Below, piece after piece: positions 37,563 to 51,929 of a DNA stretch of 64,000 bases. The notes beneath the pieces were generated by a model. That model saw nothing but the letters and a program-made list of their open reading frames with translations, was not told where the DNA came from and ran no database searches. Numbering within the stretch: the first letter of the stretch is position 1; every line of letters starts with the position of its first letter. The DNA is taken from contig OX597840.1 of the NCBI GenBank assembly GCA_951406725.2, positions 4,278,001 to 4,342,000 of the forward strand, read 5' to 3'. The translations under genes and the position numbers were made by a program. The DNA comes from Octopus vulgaris. Lineage: Eukaryota.

Positions 37563-39135
37563 AAAGAAAAAAGAAAAACAAGAGACAAATTTAGCGAATC
37601 TTCTTCATTCTGCCTACACACATTGACAAGGTCGAGCACAAACACATTTCGAAATCATCACGCACGCTCACACACTCACAAAACCCATTCCATGTCACAG
37701 TTCAACCTAACTAAGCGTAGTACAGTCTTACGATCAAAGGTTTCGTTTTCAAGCACAAATGTATCCAAGGACTTCAATGATTTATGATGATCAAACAAAC
37801 GTTCCAAAATAGAGCGGACCGCGCCGGGTCGATAAGACAGTTTCGTGATAGGACAGAATAAACTTCTACGCGGTTGCTTCGCACGCTAGAAATAGCACCC
37901 AAATGTCCCTCGTATCACAAAGTCATACGGCGAGTTTAAAACCAGTGCTAAGTAGTTGGATCTTTGGATCTTTTCCTTTTGAACGGCAGTTTTCAACACA
38001 ATTTCTAGTTAACTTAAACACTTTTAAACTTCGTATACTGGTAGAATGTGTCAAAATAAAACATTTTTTTCTCTTGGCTTTCTTGAGAAAATTGTAATTT
38101 GTAAGTTTAACGTAGTTTAATTTTTCGAATTTTAACCAATCCTATGCTCTCTTTTGGGCTAAAATCATTTACTGCGTCTAAAACTGAGACAACATCCTGT
38201 CACTAACCCTAAATTTTAGCCCTTCGTTTGTTTTTTTTTTTTTCTTAATTGTTAAATTAATTTAAGGATAACAATTAAGAAAAAAAAACGAAAGGCTAAA
38301 ACGAAAGCAATGGAAAATAATTTTAATTTAACAATTAAGAAAAAAAAAACGAAAGGCTAAAATTTAGGGTGAGTGACAGGATGCTGTCTCAGTTAACTAA
38401 ATGAAAACTCGTAAAACAGAGCGATAATTTCCCGTAGTAGCAATATTATAAATCGTAATTCGTTCCAGAAAAATATTTTAGTCATAAAATTTGTGGCTGT
38501 GTGGTAAGTAGCTTGCTAACCAACCACATGGTTCCGGGTTCAAGTCCCACTGTGTGGCATCTTGGGCAAGTGTCTTCTGCTACAGCCCCGGGCCGACCAA
38601 TGCCTTGTGAGTGGATTTGGTAGACGGAAACAAAGAAGCCTGTCGTATATATGTATATATATATATGTGTGTGTGTTTGTCCCCCTAGCATTGCTTGACA
38701 ACTGATGCTGGTGTGTTTACGTCCCCGTCACTTAGCGGTTCGGCAAAAGAGACCGATAGAATAAGTACTGGGCTTACAAAGAATAAGTCCCAGGGTCGAT
38801 TTGCTCGACTAAAGGCGATGCTCCAGCATGGCCGCAGTCAAATGACTGAAACAGGTAAAAGAGTAATACTCGTAAATAAATGGCAATAAAACAACAGTAG
38901 AATGTAAAGAATATTTTATGTAAAGTAAAAAGAATGTCGAGATCATTTCACTCGCACTAGAGTCGCGCACATCCTCTCTTGTAGAAGCGACCACCGATCC
39001 ACAAGCACTCGTAGACGGACTTGTAGATTTCTTTTTAAGAAACAAGTCTAGATTGTTTGCTAAGAAGTTTTCTTTTTTTTTTCGCTCACTATTTCTCGGT
39101 AACACACTAGCATTTGTTATGGTAGTAGAAACTCT

Positions 39136-39542
39136 GGATCTTTTCGGTTTAAACGGCAGTTTTTCTAGCGTTGTCATATGAAATTGTCACCCATAATTAT
39201 GACCCTAGTATCGATCTATTGCATTTCAATCTGTTTTAGGGTTAGGGGTGGAAGAAGGGTATCTTTTTTTCTTCAGAAATGTAAATAAACCCAATCTGTT
39301 CCTTAATCGATGGACATATTCATACGGCACAGAATGTTTTCACCTTAATAGACGTCACTGATTGGTTGAAATTGCAGAAATTGAAGAAAAAAGACAAATA
39401 TCTTACAAACTATAAAATTTTCCCAATAAAACCAAGAGAAAAAGATGTTTTATAAACACATTCTACCAGTACACGAAGTTTTAAAATGTTTAGTTACGTG
39501 GAAATTATTTTTAAAAAACTGCCGGTCAAACCGAAAAGATCC
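39136..39542. mobile_element. GGATC-TIR MITE family 1
   Basis: Same TIR and body; TSD GAAACTCT/GAAACTTT. Confidence 0.85.
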
Positions 39543-41252
39543 GAAACTTTTGTACTTCGTTCAAAATTTGGACCTTGTGCTTGAAAAATAAAACTCGCAA
39601 ACTCGGAGCTATCACTGTGTGTGTGTGGACCCCAATTGATCTAAACTAATAGGTCTGCTGCCTGAATGCTCAAATTGATAAGCTACTGGGATCCAAGTTC
39701 ACAACGGGGGCTGGAGTAGGGGATACGTAGCCTAGTTCTGAGCCAGCAGGTATAAATAAATTAAAGGAAGAGGAAAACAATATCAAAGAAGGAAAAGCTT
39801 ATCAGATCATTTAATTTTAATGGTGAATCGAAGCAAGCAAGCAAAACAAGGATGAACTATGAACCTTGAGATTCATACTTTTCTCTACATCAAATTTTCT
39901 ATCAACAATCTCCACGTGAAAGTTTCCTGCACACATAACTCATCTCGGGTGACGTAATACCCAGTATAGGGAAATGCGAATCAGCACATTGATCCATTAC
40001 CTCTGGGATATCCCAGAAACAACTGTAAGACATTATTATCATTTACTTTTGCTAACTTCGATTCACCATTAAAATAATTTAAATGATCTGATAAGTTTGT
40101 CTTGAAATTGTTTTTATTTTCCCTCTCCTGGACTGGCGTCCTGTCCAGCTGGAGGGAACACATACGCCACAGAAACCGGGCCCAGGAGCCCCTATATATC
40201 TTCTTCGCCCTTTTCAAGCCTAGCTAGGCTCATGGGCCCGGTTTCCCGGTTTCTATGGCGTATGTGTTCCCTTCAGCTGGACGGGACCCCAGTCCATCGC
40301 AGCGTTACTCAAGAAACAGTAAGAAAGAGTGAGAGAAAGTTGAGGTGAAATAGTACAACAGGAGCCTCGTGGAGCTTTTAGGTGTTTTCGCTCAATAAAC
40401 ACACACAACGGGAATCGAAACCGCGATCCTCCGACCGTGAGTCCGCTGCCCTAACCACTGGGCCTCCACACACACAAACATTTATTAAAGCTTCAAAATT
40501 TTCACAAAATTAACCCCGATTAAATGGTGTTCAAAACCACGACCATCCCATTTGTTTTGCATATTTAGAACTGCACAATGTCCAACGCATTCTCCTTTAA
40601 AGATAGCTGTGTGGTGTGTATGATAGAGACAGAGAGACGAGGGCGATTTGGCTGTTATTTCTAGCAGATCAGAGTTGGTTTGCCACCTGATAGGTGCGCC
40701 ATTTTAGGAAAAACGTCAGTTGCCGGGCGGCAGGCACAGTTAGAAAGCGCCGGACTACTTTCGTTCTCAGCTCGCATATCGCATTTTCGGTTTTCTATGC
40801 TATCTAAACAGCATCAACAAAAACCAGCTCGTGTTACTCCGGAGGTCGATAACCTACATACTAGCAACAGAATGCGGGAATTACAACAAACACACACACA
40901 CACACACACGGATGCTGATGAAAAGCTCCTGGTTTTAAGGGTGTTGCGAAAGGCCCGGTTGGAGGCCCACCCTTCCGAGTGCTTTTACAGGGCATAGAAA
41001 AAAACTGAAGGACCGCCGCAGTGTGTGAAACTGAGAAGGGAATACGCTCTTTTACTTGTTTCAGTCATTTGACTGCGGCCATGCTGGAGCACCGCCTTTT
41101 AGTCGAGCAAATCGACCCCCAGGACTTATTCTTTGTAAGCCTAGTACTTATTCTATTGGTCACTTTTGCCGAACCGCTAGGTTACGGGGGCGTAAACACA
41201 CCACCGTCGGTTGTCAAGCGATGTTGGGGGAACAAACACAGACACACAAACA

Positions 41253-41292
<40 letters not shown>

Positions 41293-41296
<4 letters not shown>

Positions 41297-41467
41297 GGAA
41301 AGTTTACGAAAATAAACAAAAGACGAAGGCAGGTGGTATACAAACAAACAGATGTATTAGTATGGCGCTCAGGAATAGAAAAAGTCTTTTACATTTCGAG
41401 CCTACGCTCTTCCACAGAAAGAAACAAGGAGAGAAAAAAAATGCGTGTAGTAGCTAACGATCTATCA
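41293..41467 (-). mobile_element. Second copy of the (TA)n-inserted element, nested in a SINE microsatellite
   Basis: Homologous to 3953-4180; core CTGTGGA. Confidence 0.65.
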
Positions 41468-41793
41468 TGATACACACATATATACGACGGGCTTCCTTCA
41501 GTTTCCGTCTACCAAATCCACTCACAAGGCTTTAGTTGGCCCGAGGTTATAGCAGAAGACACCTGCCCAAGGTGCCACGCAGCAGGACTGAACCCGGAGC
41601 CATGTGGTTGGGAAGCAAGCTATTTACCACACAGCCACTCCTGTTGAATGAAATTAACTGATCCTCCCGTATTTTCATTCACCCAAAGCCAAGAACTTTT
41701 TAACCAACTCCTTGTGTGTGCGTATTTTCAAATTATTGTTGTGCGTGTATATTATTCCGACTTAACTGGGTGCACCAACTTAAGTATCTTTCA

Positions 41794-43490
41794 GTTCTCT
41801 ATTTAAGAGATGAGGAATTATGTACATTATTTACATTTAGCAAGATATTTGTCATCTTGCTTGCTGTTACCATCTATTAAGACCTATAGTGAGCTGTAGA
41901 GGCTCAGCATGTCATCCACTGAGCCACTTCCTCGTGGATATAATCAGTCCATTAACAGGAAAGTCAACATCGTACGCGAAGAATTCCACCCACTTCTCAG
42001 GATTGATCAAGGTTACCCCCATTGAATCCAACCAGATGGTGAGTCTAGATGAGATAAGTCCCAACTGGTGAAGCACTATCGGTGATACAAGAAAAACTAG
42101 TGACTGACACCCATCTAAAAGAATGCACTAGTATACCAATAAGAAACTTGATGGAAATGTTGACCTGTGGAGAAACTACCTATTTCAGTATGGACACTCA
42201 TATATATCGACAAGAAGAAAGTTTAGCTATGGGTTCGCCATTATCACCGATAATAGCCAATATATGCATGGAATATTTTGAGAATTTGGCTTTAGGATCA
42301 ACACCACTAAAACCAACCCTATGGCTGCGATATGTCGATGACACCTTTATACTTTGGCCTCACCACGAAGATCTCTAAGTGCTGTTAGATGATGTGAACT
42401 CAATAAAGCCACCCATACAGTTCACAATGACAAAGGAAAAAGACAATCAGCTAGCATTCCTGGACGAATTAATAACACGCACCAAGTATGGATTCAGGAC
42501 ATCCGTATACTGCAAGCCGACCTTCACTGGACGATACCTCAACTTCAATTCCCACCATCCATAGAGGGTAAAGAGAGGGATTGCTCAGTGCCTAAAACAT
42601 CGAGCAAAGAATATAAGTAGCGATCGTGATACCCACCAGGAAAAAATGATCAAGCTCAGTAACAATCTATTAAGCAACAACTATCCCAAAAATATACTAT
42701 CCACTCCAATTATGAAGAAAAAGGAGGATTAAACCAATAAACTGTCCTCAGTCTGTCTACCCTATGTGAAAGATCTCCGGAAAGATACAAAAGATATGCG
42801 GCCCATATGACATCAGGACTGTATTCAAGAGTAATACAACACTTCGCAAATATCTCCAAGAAAAACCAATAGAAGAGAATATGACCAAAGACCGCGTGTA
42901 TTCCATCCCATACAGCCGAGGTACGTTATACAAAGGCGAAACATGCCACCCCTTCAAAATAAGGGTAGACGAACATCGCAAAGCTGTGACATGAGGAGAT
43001 ATTGGTAAATCAGGTATAGGTGATCATGTATGGAAAAATGGAGACCACCTCCCCCTGTGGGATGAAGTTAAAATAATATACAGAGAATGCAACTGGAAAA
43101 TATGAAAACTAAAAGAAGCAGCACATATGCTAGGACATAAGAACCTCCTAAGCAGACTGAGTGCAGATATGAATAGCATATGGGAACCAGTATTAAGGCG
43201 GCGAGCTGGCAGAAACGTTAGCATGCCGGGCGAAATGCTTAGCAGTATTTCGTCTGCGTTACGTTGTGAGTTGAAATTCCGTCGAGGTCGACTTTGCCTT
43301 TCATCCTTTCGGGGTCGATAAATTAAGTACCAGTTACTCACTGGAGTCGATGTAATCGACTTAATACCTATGTCTGTCCCCTCTGTGTTTGGCCCCTTGT
43401 GGGTAATAAAGAAATAAGTATTAAGGAAGGATAGGAAAATATTAGATTTATAAACCCTAAAATTCACTCCATAATTGCCCACGAGCATGT
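41794..43490 (+). mobile_element. Decayed, 5'-truncated Penelope-like retroelement (RT + GIY-YIG)
   Basis: Broken ORF with LRPIVS, MVSLD, LAMGSPLSPIIANI, WLRYVDDTF, IQFTM.KE..QLAFLD, YCKPT.TGRYLNFNSHHP, then VYSIP...YKGET...R..EH; stops and frameshifts; SINE inserted at 43196-43417; inverted terminal fragment at 41794-41870. Confidence 0.9.
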
Positions 43491-43918
43491 GGTTCTGCTA
43501 GCTTGCCGCCTAAATAATAATAATCATCCTTTCTTATTTTGGCACAAGGCCAGCAAATTTGATGGGTGAGGAAGTCAATTACATCAAAACAACCCTACTC
43601 CCCACTCCAAGTGCTCAACTGGTGCTTACTTTATCAACCCTGAAAGGATGAAAGTGGACCTCGGCGGAATTTGAACCCAGAACGTAAAAACGAACAACTT
43701 GCCGTTAGGCAGTTTGTCCAAGAATCGTGAAAAAACAAAATAATTAGATTAAGATTTATTCGTGAAATACAGTTGCTTTGATTTTGCTTCAGAAAGAGGT
43801 TTATGTTTGCGGTGGTTAGCTGGGGGTGAGGGCGCTAGGAATGGCCTGGGCGTCAAGGGGGCAGCAGCCTGAAAAAGTTTGGGAACCACTAAGTTATACC
43901 AACAAGTTTGTCATGGTG

Positions 43919-44077
43919 TAGGAGTGGCTGTGTGGTAAGTAGCTTGCTTACCAACCACATAGTTCCAGGTTCAGTCCCACTGCGTGGCACCTCGGGCAAG
44001 TGTCTTCTACTATAGCCTCGGGCCGACCAAAGCCTTGTGAGTGGATTTGGTAGACAGAAACTGAAAGAAGCCTGTCG

Positions 44078-44108
<31 letters not shown>

Positions 44109-44300
44109 ATGTTTGTCCCTCCAACATCGCTTGACAACCGATGGTGGTGTGTTTGCGTCCGCATAACTTAGTGGTTCGCAAAAGAGACCGAATAGAATAA
44201 GTACTGGGCTTACAAAGAATAAGTCCCAGGGTCGAGTTGCTTGACTAAAGGCAGTGCTCCAGCATGGCCGCAGTCAAATGACTGAAACAAGTAAAAGAGT
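43919..44300 (+). mobile_element. tRNA-derived SINE family B (about 380 bp, internal TA/TG microsatellite)
   Basis: A box TGGCTGTGTGG, B box GGTTCAGTCCC, tail ACAAGTAAAAGAG; other copies near 22990, 38490, 41047, 48302, 48958, 49655, 57370, 58060, 63780. Confidence 0.85.
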
Positions 44301-44379
44301 TTAGCAAATAAATAAGTTAACATAATATAATGTCTAAAAGTTGATGAACCACCTATTGTTCTCCATTTTCTTATTGCTT

Positions 44380-44419
<40 letters not shown>

Positions 44420-44792
44420 ATAATAATATTAGGGAGTAAATCCAAACTTACAGGGAAAAATTAGATTTAGGATTAAATCTAATTTTATAGTATAAATATA
44501 TATATTAAATTAGAGATAAAACCACTATTAGGCAAATCAAACAGTGAAAATCATAAACCAATACATAGAAATAAAATTAATTAATTAAAAAAAAATTAAT
44601 AATAATAATAATAAAATATATGTATCGAGATATATATATAAAAATTTATAAGTATAAATTATTAATTTAAATAATTTTTTTAATTTTAACTTTAATTTAA
44701 ATTTTGAATTTTATATATTTTATTAATTTTTTATTTCTATGTACTGGTTTTATGATTTTCACTGATTTGCCTAATAGTGGTTTTATCTCTAA

Positions 44793-44800
<8 letters not shown>
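44420..44800. mobile_element. AT-rich fold-back element in (TA)n, related to 11525-11788
   Basis: Shared ATATTAGGGA..ATCCAAA..TTACAGGGAAAAA start; imperfect inverted arms. Confidence 0.6.
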
Positions 44801-44829
<29 letters not shown>

Positions 44830-44957
44830 CCGAAATTACTACGATGATCCGGTTCTTGACTGAAGACTGAGGGTTTCGAATGTCCTGTCCGTGTTTATTG
44901 TATCGTCTTCTAGGAGTTATACGTTCTTGTCCATGTTGTATTTTTCTACATACCTTA

Positions 44958-44990
<33 letters not shown>

Positions 44991-46172
44991 AGATAAGAAA
45001 TAGTAATTTGTGGTAAATCATTTTACCTTTGCCCATATAATACAGTAAATGAATTGATTGCATTGCAATCCTTAACATTTATGTATTAACTTTGTTGGGT
45101 ACTTCACTAGCAGTATATTGGATATACGTTATCCCATAGAGGGTTGCATTTACAAACCCTATCTCAATTTGTATATATATATATGTATATATATTTATGA
45201 GAGAGAGAGAGAGAAGAGAGAGTGCCTTGGTATAAGTAGCGAGATCAGATCACACTTACAGGTAACTGTACTTAAGAACAACGTCAAAGTTATTTATAGT
45301 TGGTCTGAAGTGACCAGGTCGTTTGTCCTTTTTTCTTACAATAGCATTTCAAAACAAAAGCAACAACCAAGCAACTGAATGAATAAAAAGCATAAAAGAA
45401 AGGAAGAAAGAAACCTTCTCCATTATTAATCAACCTGCAATGTCTTTTCTTTCTTTCTTTCTGTATAGGGAATAATTAATTAACTAATTACCTAATTGCT
45501 CAGGTTTGTTCGGGAAATATATGAATGGATCTATGCGGCATAATAAATTTCGAAAATACAAGGGTCGTTTTTATATTTTTATTTTTAATATTTTTTTGTT
45601 TCAGTCACTGGACTGCGGCCAGGCTGGAGCAGCGTCTAGGAGGATCGATTCGATCCCATTAATTACTTTTTTTTTCCAAGACTAGTATTTATTTTATCAG
45701 TTTCCTTTGATCGAATCCCACTGTTAGAGGGATGTAAACAAACATACACCGATTTTCAAGCGATGGAGACAAAGATACACGCATGCACGCACACACACAC
45801 TCAGGCTTCCACGCAGTTTCCGCCTACCAATTTCACTCTCGAAGTATTTATTTGTCGGCTGGGGTCATATAGCTGAAGACACTTGCCCAAGGTGCTGTGC
45901 TGTGGGACTGAACCCGAGAAAGTATAATGCTTCAAAGCGAGTTTCTAAACCACACAGCCATGCCAGCACTATGAATAAAAGAGAATAATTAGTTAACTAA
46001 TTAGTTTTGTTAGGGACATACATGTCTGAATGAATTTGCACGGCGTAATAAATTTGGTCACAATCCAACAGGAAAATAGTATTTCGCAAACACGGTTACT
46101 TGTGTGCTTAAAAAATAAAATCAACTGCATGATATCTTGGGCAAGTGTCTTCAAATCACTTTTCTATAGCTA

Positions 46173-46684
46173 CTGTAAATCCTCGAGTATAATCTGCATT
46201 TTCCCCCCAAATTTAAAGGTCAAAATCCCTAGTGCGTACTATATACGAGGTTAAAAACGAAAAATATTTTCTAAGCAATGTCTGAGTCTCTATTTGCTGT
46301 CCGGCAATGTTTATTCAGACGCATTTTGTGATGTCGGGCGCGAAAATACCTTAAGCTAAGCCTGAAAGCAATGAAGTCACAAAAGAATCATCCATAACTT
46401 GCAGTTAGCAACATTTATTAAACGTTATTACTGTTATTTCTTTATTTTCTGCCAACAAAATGCACAAAAAAGCTACACGTTTGCATTATGCTATATATAC
46501 AATAATAATAAAGGACGTTACGGTATACATTTTTACAAACCAAGGACGTTATATAGACCTCCTTGACTCAAGTTAGAGAAGGGGTGTGTATTATACACAA
46601 GGTTTAGGTTTTTTCATAGGTACAGCCTCCTAAAAATCCCCTGCGTATTATACTCAAGGGCAGACTATACTCGAGGATTTACAG
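46173..46684. mobile_element. Tc1/mariner-pogo type MITE
   Basis: TIR CTGTAAATCCTCGAGTATA at both ends, TA on each side. Confidence 0.8.
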
Positions 46685-48083
46685 TAATCAAATCCGTTGA
46701 CAGCACCGCATTACTGGCATCCGTGCTAGTGGAGCGCTAAGAGCACCATCCGAGCTTGATCGTTGCCAGGGCCGCTGACAGGCCCCCGTGCCGGTGACAC
46801 GTAAAAAGCACCATTCGAGCGTGATCGTTATCAGCGTTGCCTTACCGGCACTTGTGCTGTTGGCATGAGAAAGAAAACATTCGAGCACCTGGTGCTAATC
46901 CCAGCTGGCGGAGGTGCTTGCCTCTCCTTTGTAAATATAAGGACACAGGAAATGTGTCAAAGCCGACAGGAAGCGTCGATGCTTCCTAGGGCTAAATAGC
47001 TGTGCTGTGATTCCCTTCACGGGACTGTCACGTTCAGTTGACAGTATACAACCACTATATATATATATATATATATAGTGGTTGTATATGTATATACGAG
47101 CAAAACGCCCCACCACCATCCAATGGACGGTGCTGAGTTGTCAAATATTTAAGCCAAATTTTCTCAAAACAACTTGTCCGACCGTCCCATAGGCCTCCCC
47201 TTTGAGAAACACTGATTTAACCTAAATTTGAGACACCAGGAAAAGAAGAAATAAAGATTGACTTTTTTTCTATTCCAAAGAAAAACGATTTCCCATCGCT
47301 TTATCGATCGCATTCTCACCTGGAATCGACTTTTGTAATTCTTTCAAGACTTATACACGCCCTGATATCGTCAGTATCTACATATCGAATTTGAGCGCAA
47401 TCGGATGGAGGATGCCCGAGATCCTAGAAGACACACACCCACAGACAGACAGAACAGATTTTATATACGATATATATATATGCACACACATACATACATA
47501 TATATACACACACAAATTGTGTGAAGATGCGTGGCCTAGTGGTTAGGCGTGTTTCCTTCACAACCGTCAGTTCATAGTTTTGATTCCCAAACTAGCTGTG
47601 TGTTGCGCTCTTGAGCAAAATACTTCATTCTACGCTACTCCAGTCCACTGTCCTGTAAATAAGTAATCCTGCAGTGGACGGACCAGCCTTCCAATCAGCG
47701 GGGTTGTTTGGTCAGCTCACCTAACCAATGGGGTGGCATCATTCGAAAGCTAAAACAATGCGAAGCGTATTGTGACCAGCGATGTATAATAGGCGATCAC
47801 GTAATTACACACACACACACTTATGCATATACACGTGTGCACGTTAACCCCACAATGGCTTGACAACTGATATCAGTTTGTTTATGACCTTATAACTTAG
47901 CACTTTAGCAAAAGAAACTGATAGAATAAGTACCAGGCTTTTAAGAAGCTAAAAAAAATTTAACATATGTACTGGGTGTGGTGGGTGTCAATTCCCTGGA
48001 CTAAAAGCCTGAAGGCGGTGCCCCAGCATAGCTGCAGACCATTGAATGAAACAAGTCTTGATTGAAAGACCATCGTATATAGG

Positions 48084-48115
<32 letters not shown>

Positions 48116-50793
48116 CTTCGTGTCCCACCACCACCACACTTGACAACCAGTGGTGCGTTTGCGTCCCCGTAATCGAGCGGTTCGACCAACAGAGAGCAAT
48201 AAAATAAATACTGGGTTCGATTCATTCGACTAAAAATTGAAGGCGGTGCCCCAGGATGGCCGCAGTCTAATGATTGAAACCAGTCAAAAAATAAAAGTTA
48301 AGCAGGAGTGGCTGTGTGGTAAGTAGCTTGCTTACCGACCACATTGTTCCGGGTTCAGTCCCACTGCTTGGCACCTTGGGCAAGTGTTTTCTACTATAGC
48401 CTCGGGCCGACCAAAGCCTTGTGAGTGGATTTGGTAGACAGAAACTGAAAGAAGCCCATCGTGTGTATGTGTGTGTTTATGTGTGTGTTTATGTGTGTCC
48501 CCACAACATCGCTTGACAACCGATGCTGGTGTGTTTACGTCCTCGTAACTTAGCGGTTCGGCAAAAGTGACCGATAGAATAATTCTTAGGGTCGATGTGC
48601 TCGACTAAAAAGAGGCGGTGCTCCAGCATGGCCGCAGTCAAATGACTGAAACAAGTAAAAGAGCAATGTAGCTCAGATCGAATGCTTACCTCCCCTCTTT
48701 TCGTTTCTATTTCAAAAAATAAATAAATAACAAAGAGGGGTTCCGTTAACTTAAGTAGTAAAAACAAATAAGGTTTGTAATACAAACTCCAGGAGGAGGA
48801 ATTTGGGAATAACTCTCTGGCGAAACACGATGACTTCGTAACAGTTCGAACGCACGACGAAACTTTTTTCATCCCCGAACGTTTTAAACCCTTACCCCCC
48901 ACCCCCGTCGCCGCCTCTGGTTCTACGATAAAAACTTCATGTTTTCAAGTGATCTAGGACCCCAGGACTTATTCTTTGTAAGCCTAGTACTTATTCTATC
49001 GGTGTCTTTAGCTGAACCGCTAAGTGACGGGGGACGTAAACACACCAGCATCGGTTGTCAAACAATGCTAGGGGGACAAACACAGACACACAAACACACA
49101 CATATATATATATATACATATATACGACGGGCTTCTTTCAGTTTCCGTCTACCAAATCCACTCACAAGGCTTCGGTCGGTTCGAGGCTATAGTAGAAGAC
49201 ACTTGCCCAAGGTGCCACGCAGTGAGACTGAACCCGGAACTTGGTAAGCAAGTTACTTACCACACAGCCACTCCTGTAGAACTTTTTTTTTTTTAATTAT
49301 TAAAAAATAAGTTTTTCTGAAAGAGGAAACAAGGTGGGCGGGAAGCGGGGTACTGCCTTGAAGAATTTAAGCTGAACAAATAGACTAGTACTTATTCTAT
49401 CGTCATTTACCGAACCGCTAAGTTACGGGGATGCAAACATATCAACACCGGTTATCAAGCGTTGGCGAAGGACAAACACACAACGGGCTTCTTTCAGTTT
49501 CTGTCTACCATATCCACTGAACAAAACTCTGGTCGGCCAGAGGCTAATAATAGCAGCCACTTGCCTAAGGTCCCAGAAATTGGGGACCGAATCACGTGGC
49601 TGGGAAGCAGACTTCTTATCACACAGCCACGTCTGCATCTAACCATGCCTAATACTCTTTTACTCTTTTTACTTGTTTCAGACTGCGGCCATGCTGGAGC
49701 ACCGCCTTTAGTCGAGCAAATCGACCCCGGGACTTATTCTTTGTAAGCCCAGTACTTATTCTATCGGTCTCTTTTGCCGAACCGCTAAGTTACGGCGACG
49801 TAAACACACCAGCATCGGTTGTCAAGCAATGCTAGGGGGACAAACACAGACACACAAACATATTCACACACACTTATATATATATATATATATATATACA
49901 TATATACGACAGGCTTCTTTCAGTTTCCGTCTACCAAATCCACTCACAAGGCATTGGTCGGCCCGGGGCTATAGCAGAAGGCACTTGCCCAAGATGCCAC
50001 GCAGTGGGACTGAACCCGGAACCATGTGGTTGGTTAGCAAGCTACTTACCAAACAGCCACTCCTGCCAAGTTTTCCTTAAAACAAAATCGGTGTACTTTA
50101 ACAGAAATGTGGTACCCAGGGGACCCACACATACACATTCTCTCTACCATCCCTCAATAACTTAAGTGGCTTGCGTAATCACACACGAGTATAGCCCTTG
50201 CTGTCTGTAGTCCCAAAGCACAATCGGTGCGATATACAATGTGAGAAGACTGCGGGATCTTTGAATTTAAGATAAACGGAGTGAAAAGACTCAGATTTTC
50301 AGTACTTGACTGGAACTTTGTCGATGTAAAAGTTGACCCCGGGCGAGATATGTACTCACAAATACAAAGACCCGGGCAAGAAGGAAGGAAGAAAAAAAAA
50401 TAGGACGTCGGAGTTGGGAAGCACCAACAAGTTGGAATTTCTCCGTTTTTACCAAAAAGGCTTCTCCTATAGTTTTTTAAGTGCGTAATGCCTCCCCCAC
50501 CCCCCAAAAAAAATCATCGTGCGTAGTGCCCATAAAACCGACCGAAACCGGTCCGGAGAGGAAATGATGAGGGAAGATACAAAAAAATTATTTTCCTTTC
50601 TAAAAAGATGCCCCGGAGAGGGGATGATGAGGGAAGATAAAAAAATAAAAAATTAATTTTCCTTCCTAAAAAGATGCTCCAGATTATTTCCAACAGCTCC
50701 GTGGAAAACAAAATCTGAAAAAACTCAGCGGAAATGGAGAAATTCCAACTTGCTGGTGCTTCCTAACGCCGAAGTCCGCCGAAAAAAAAAATA

Positions 50794-51203
50794 CCTATTT
50801 CTTTATTACCCACAATGTTTTCACAGAGGGGACAAACAAGGACAGACATAGGTATTAAGTCGATTACATCGACCCCAGTGCGTAACTGGTACTTAATTTA
50901 TTGACCCCGAAAGGATGAAAGGCAAAGTCGACCTCGGTGGAATTTGAACTCAGAACATAAAGACAGACGAAATACCTATTTCTTTATTACCCACAAGGGG
51001 CTAAACACAGAGAGGACAAACAAGGACAGACTTAGGTATTAAGTCGATTACATCGACCCCAGTGCGTAACTGGTACTTAATTTATCGACCCCGAAAGGAT
51101 GAAAGGCAAAGTCGACCTCGGCGGAATTTGAACTCAAAACGTAACGCAGACGAAATACCGCTAAGCATTTCGCCCGGCGTGCTAACGTTTCTGCCAGCTC
51201 GCC
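50794..51203 (-). mobile_element. SINE A dimer
   Basis: Same junction at about 50975; A-rich TSD ending ATACC. Confidence 0.85.
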
Positions 51204-51519
51204 GAAAAATAAAAAAATACCGCGACGCATTTTTTATCGGCAATCCTTCGTCATTAGGAAAAACCACGTCACGCAACCTTCCCTCATGACGTAGATAAAG
51301 AAGCTACACCCGGTGTGCAGTGGTGTATCCCGAATATAATTCTATTTCCCTATATATTTAGTTCAAGGTGTGCTGCCGAACTTTGAAAAGAATGTGTGTA
51401 CCGCAAGTTAAAAAAGGTACATACACATTCTCTTTCCCATCCTTCAATAATTAAATAGGCTTACGTAATCACACACGTGTATACCCCTTGTTGTTTGTCG
51501 TTCCAAAGCAGAATCGGTG

Positions 51520-51929
51520 GGATCTTTTCGGTTTGAACGGCAGTTTTATCTAGCGGTGTCATATGAAATTGTCACCCATAATTATGACCCTAGTATCGAT
51601 ATATTGCATTTCAATCTGTTTTAGAGTTCGGGTTAGGGGCAAGGGTATCTTTTTTTCTTCACAAATGTAAATAAACCCAATCTGTTTCTTAAACGAGGGA
51701 CATATTCATACGGCACAGAATGTTTTTTACTTCAATAGACGTCACTGATTGGTTGAAATTACAGAAATTGAAGAAAAAATACAACAAATATCTTACAAAC
51801 CATAGAATTTTCTCAATAAAGCCAAGAGAAAAATGTTTTATAAACACATTCTACCACTATACGAAGTTTAAAAGTGTTTAGTTACGTGGAAATTATTTTT
51901 AAAAACTGCCGGTCAAACCGAAAAGATCC
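51520..51929. mobile_element. GGATC-TIR MITE family 1
   Basis: 9-bp TSD GAATCGGTG. Confidence 0.88.

Noticed and set aside
36614-37645. Long ORFs of 236-343 aa
   Set aside because: Translations of a GA/GACA microsatellite; low-complexity Leu/Ser/His only
38880-39130. Possible exon or transposase N-terminus (LDLFLKKKSTSPS...)
   Set aside because: No recognisable motif; RANBP2 exons 1 and 2 join without it
40680-40997. 105-aa ORF in a GC-richer patch
   Set aside because: No recognisable domain, non-ATG start, includes a CA repeat
44826-44955. CTGAAGA...GAA hammerhead-like motif in a TA-flanked insert
   Set aside because: No convincing stem II or GAAA
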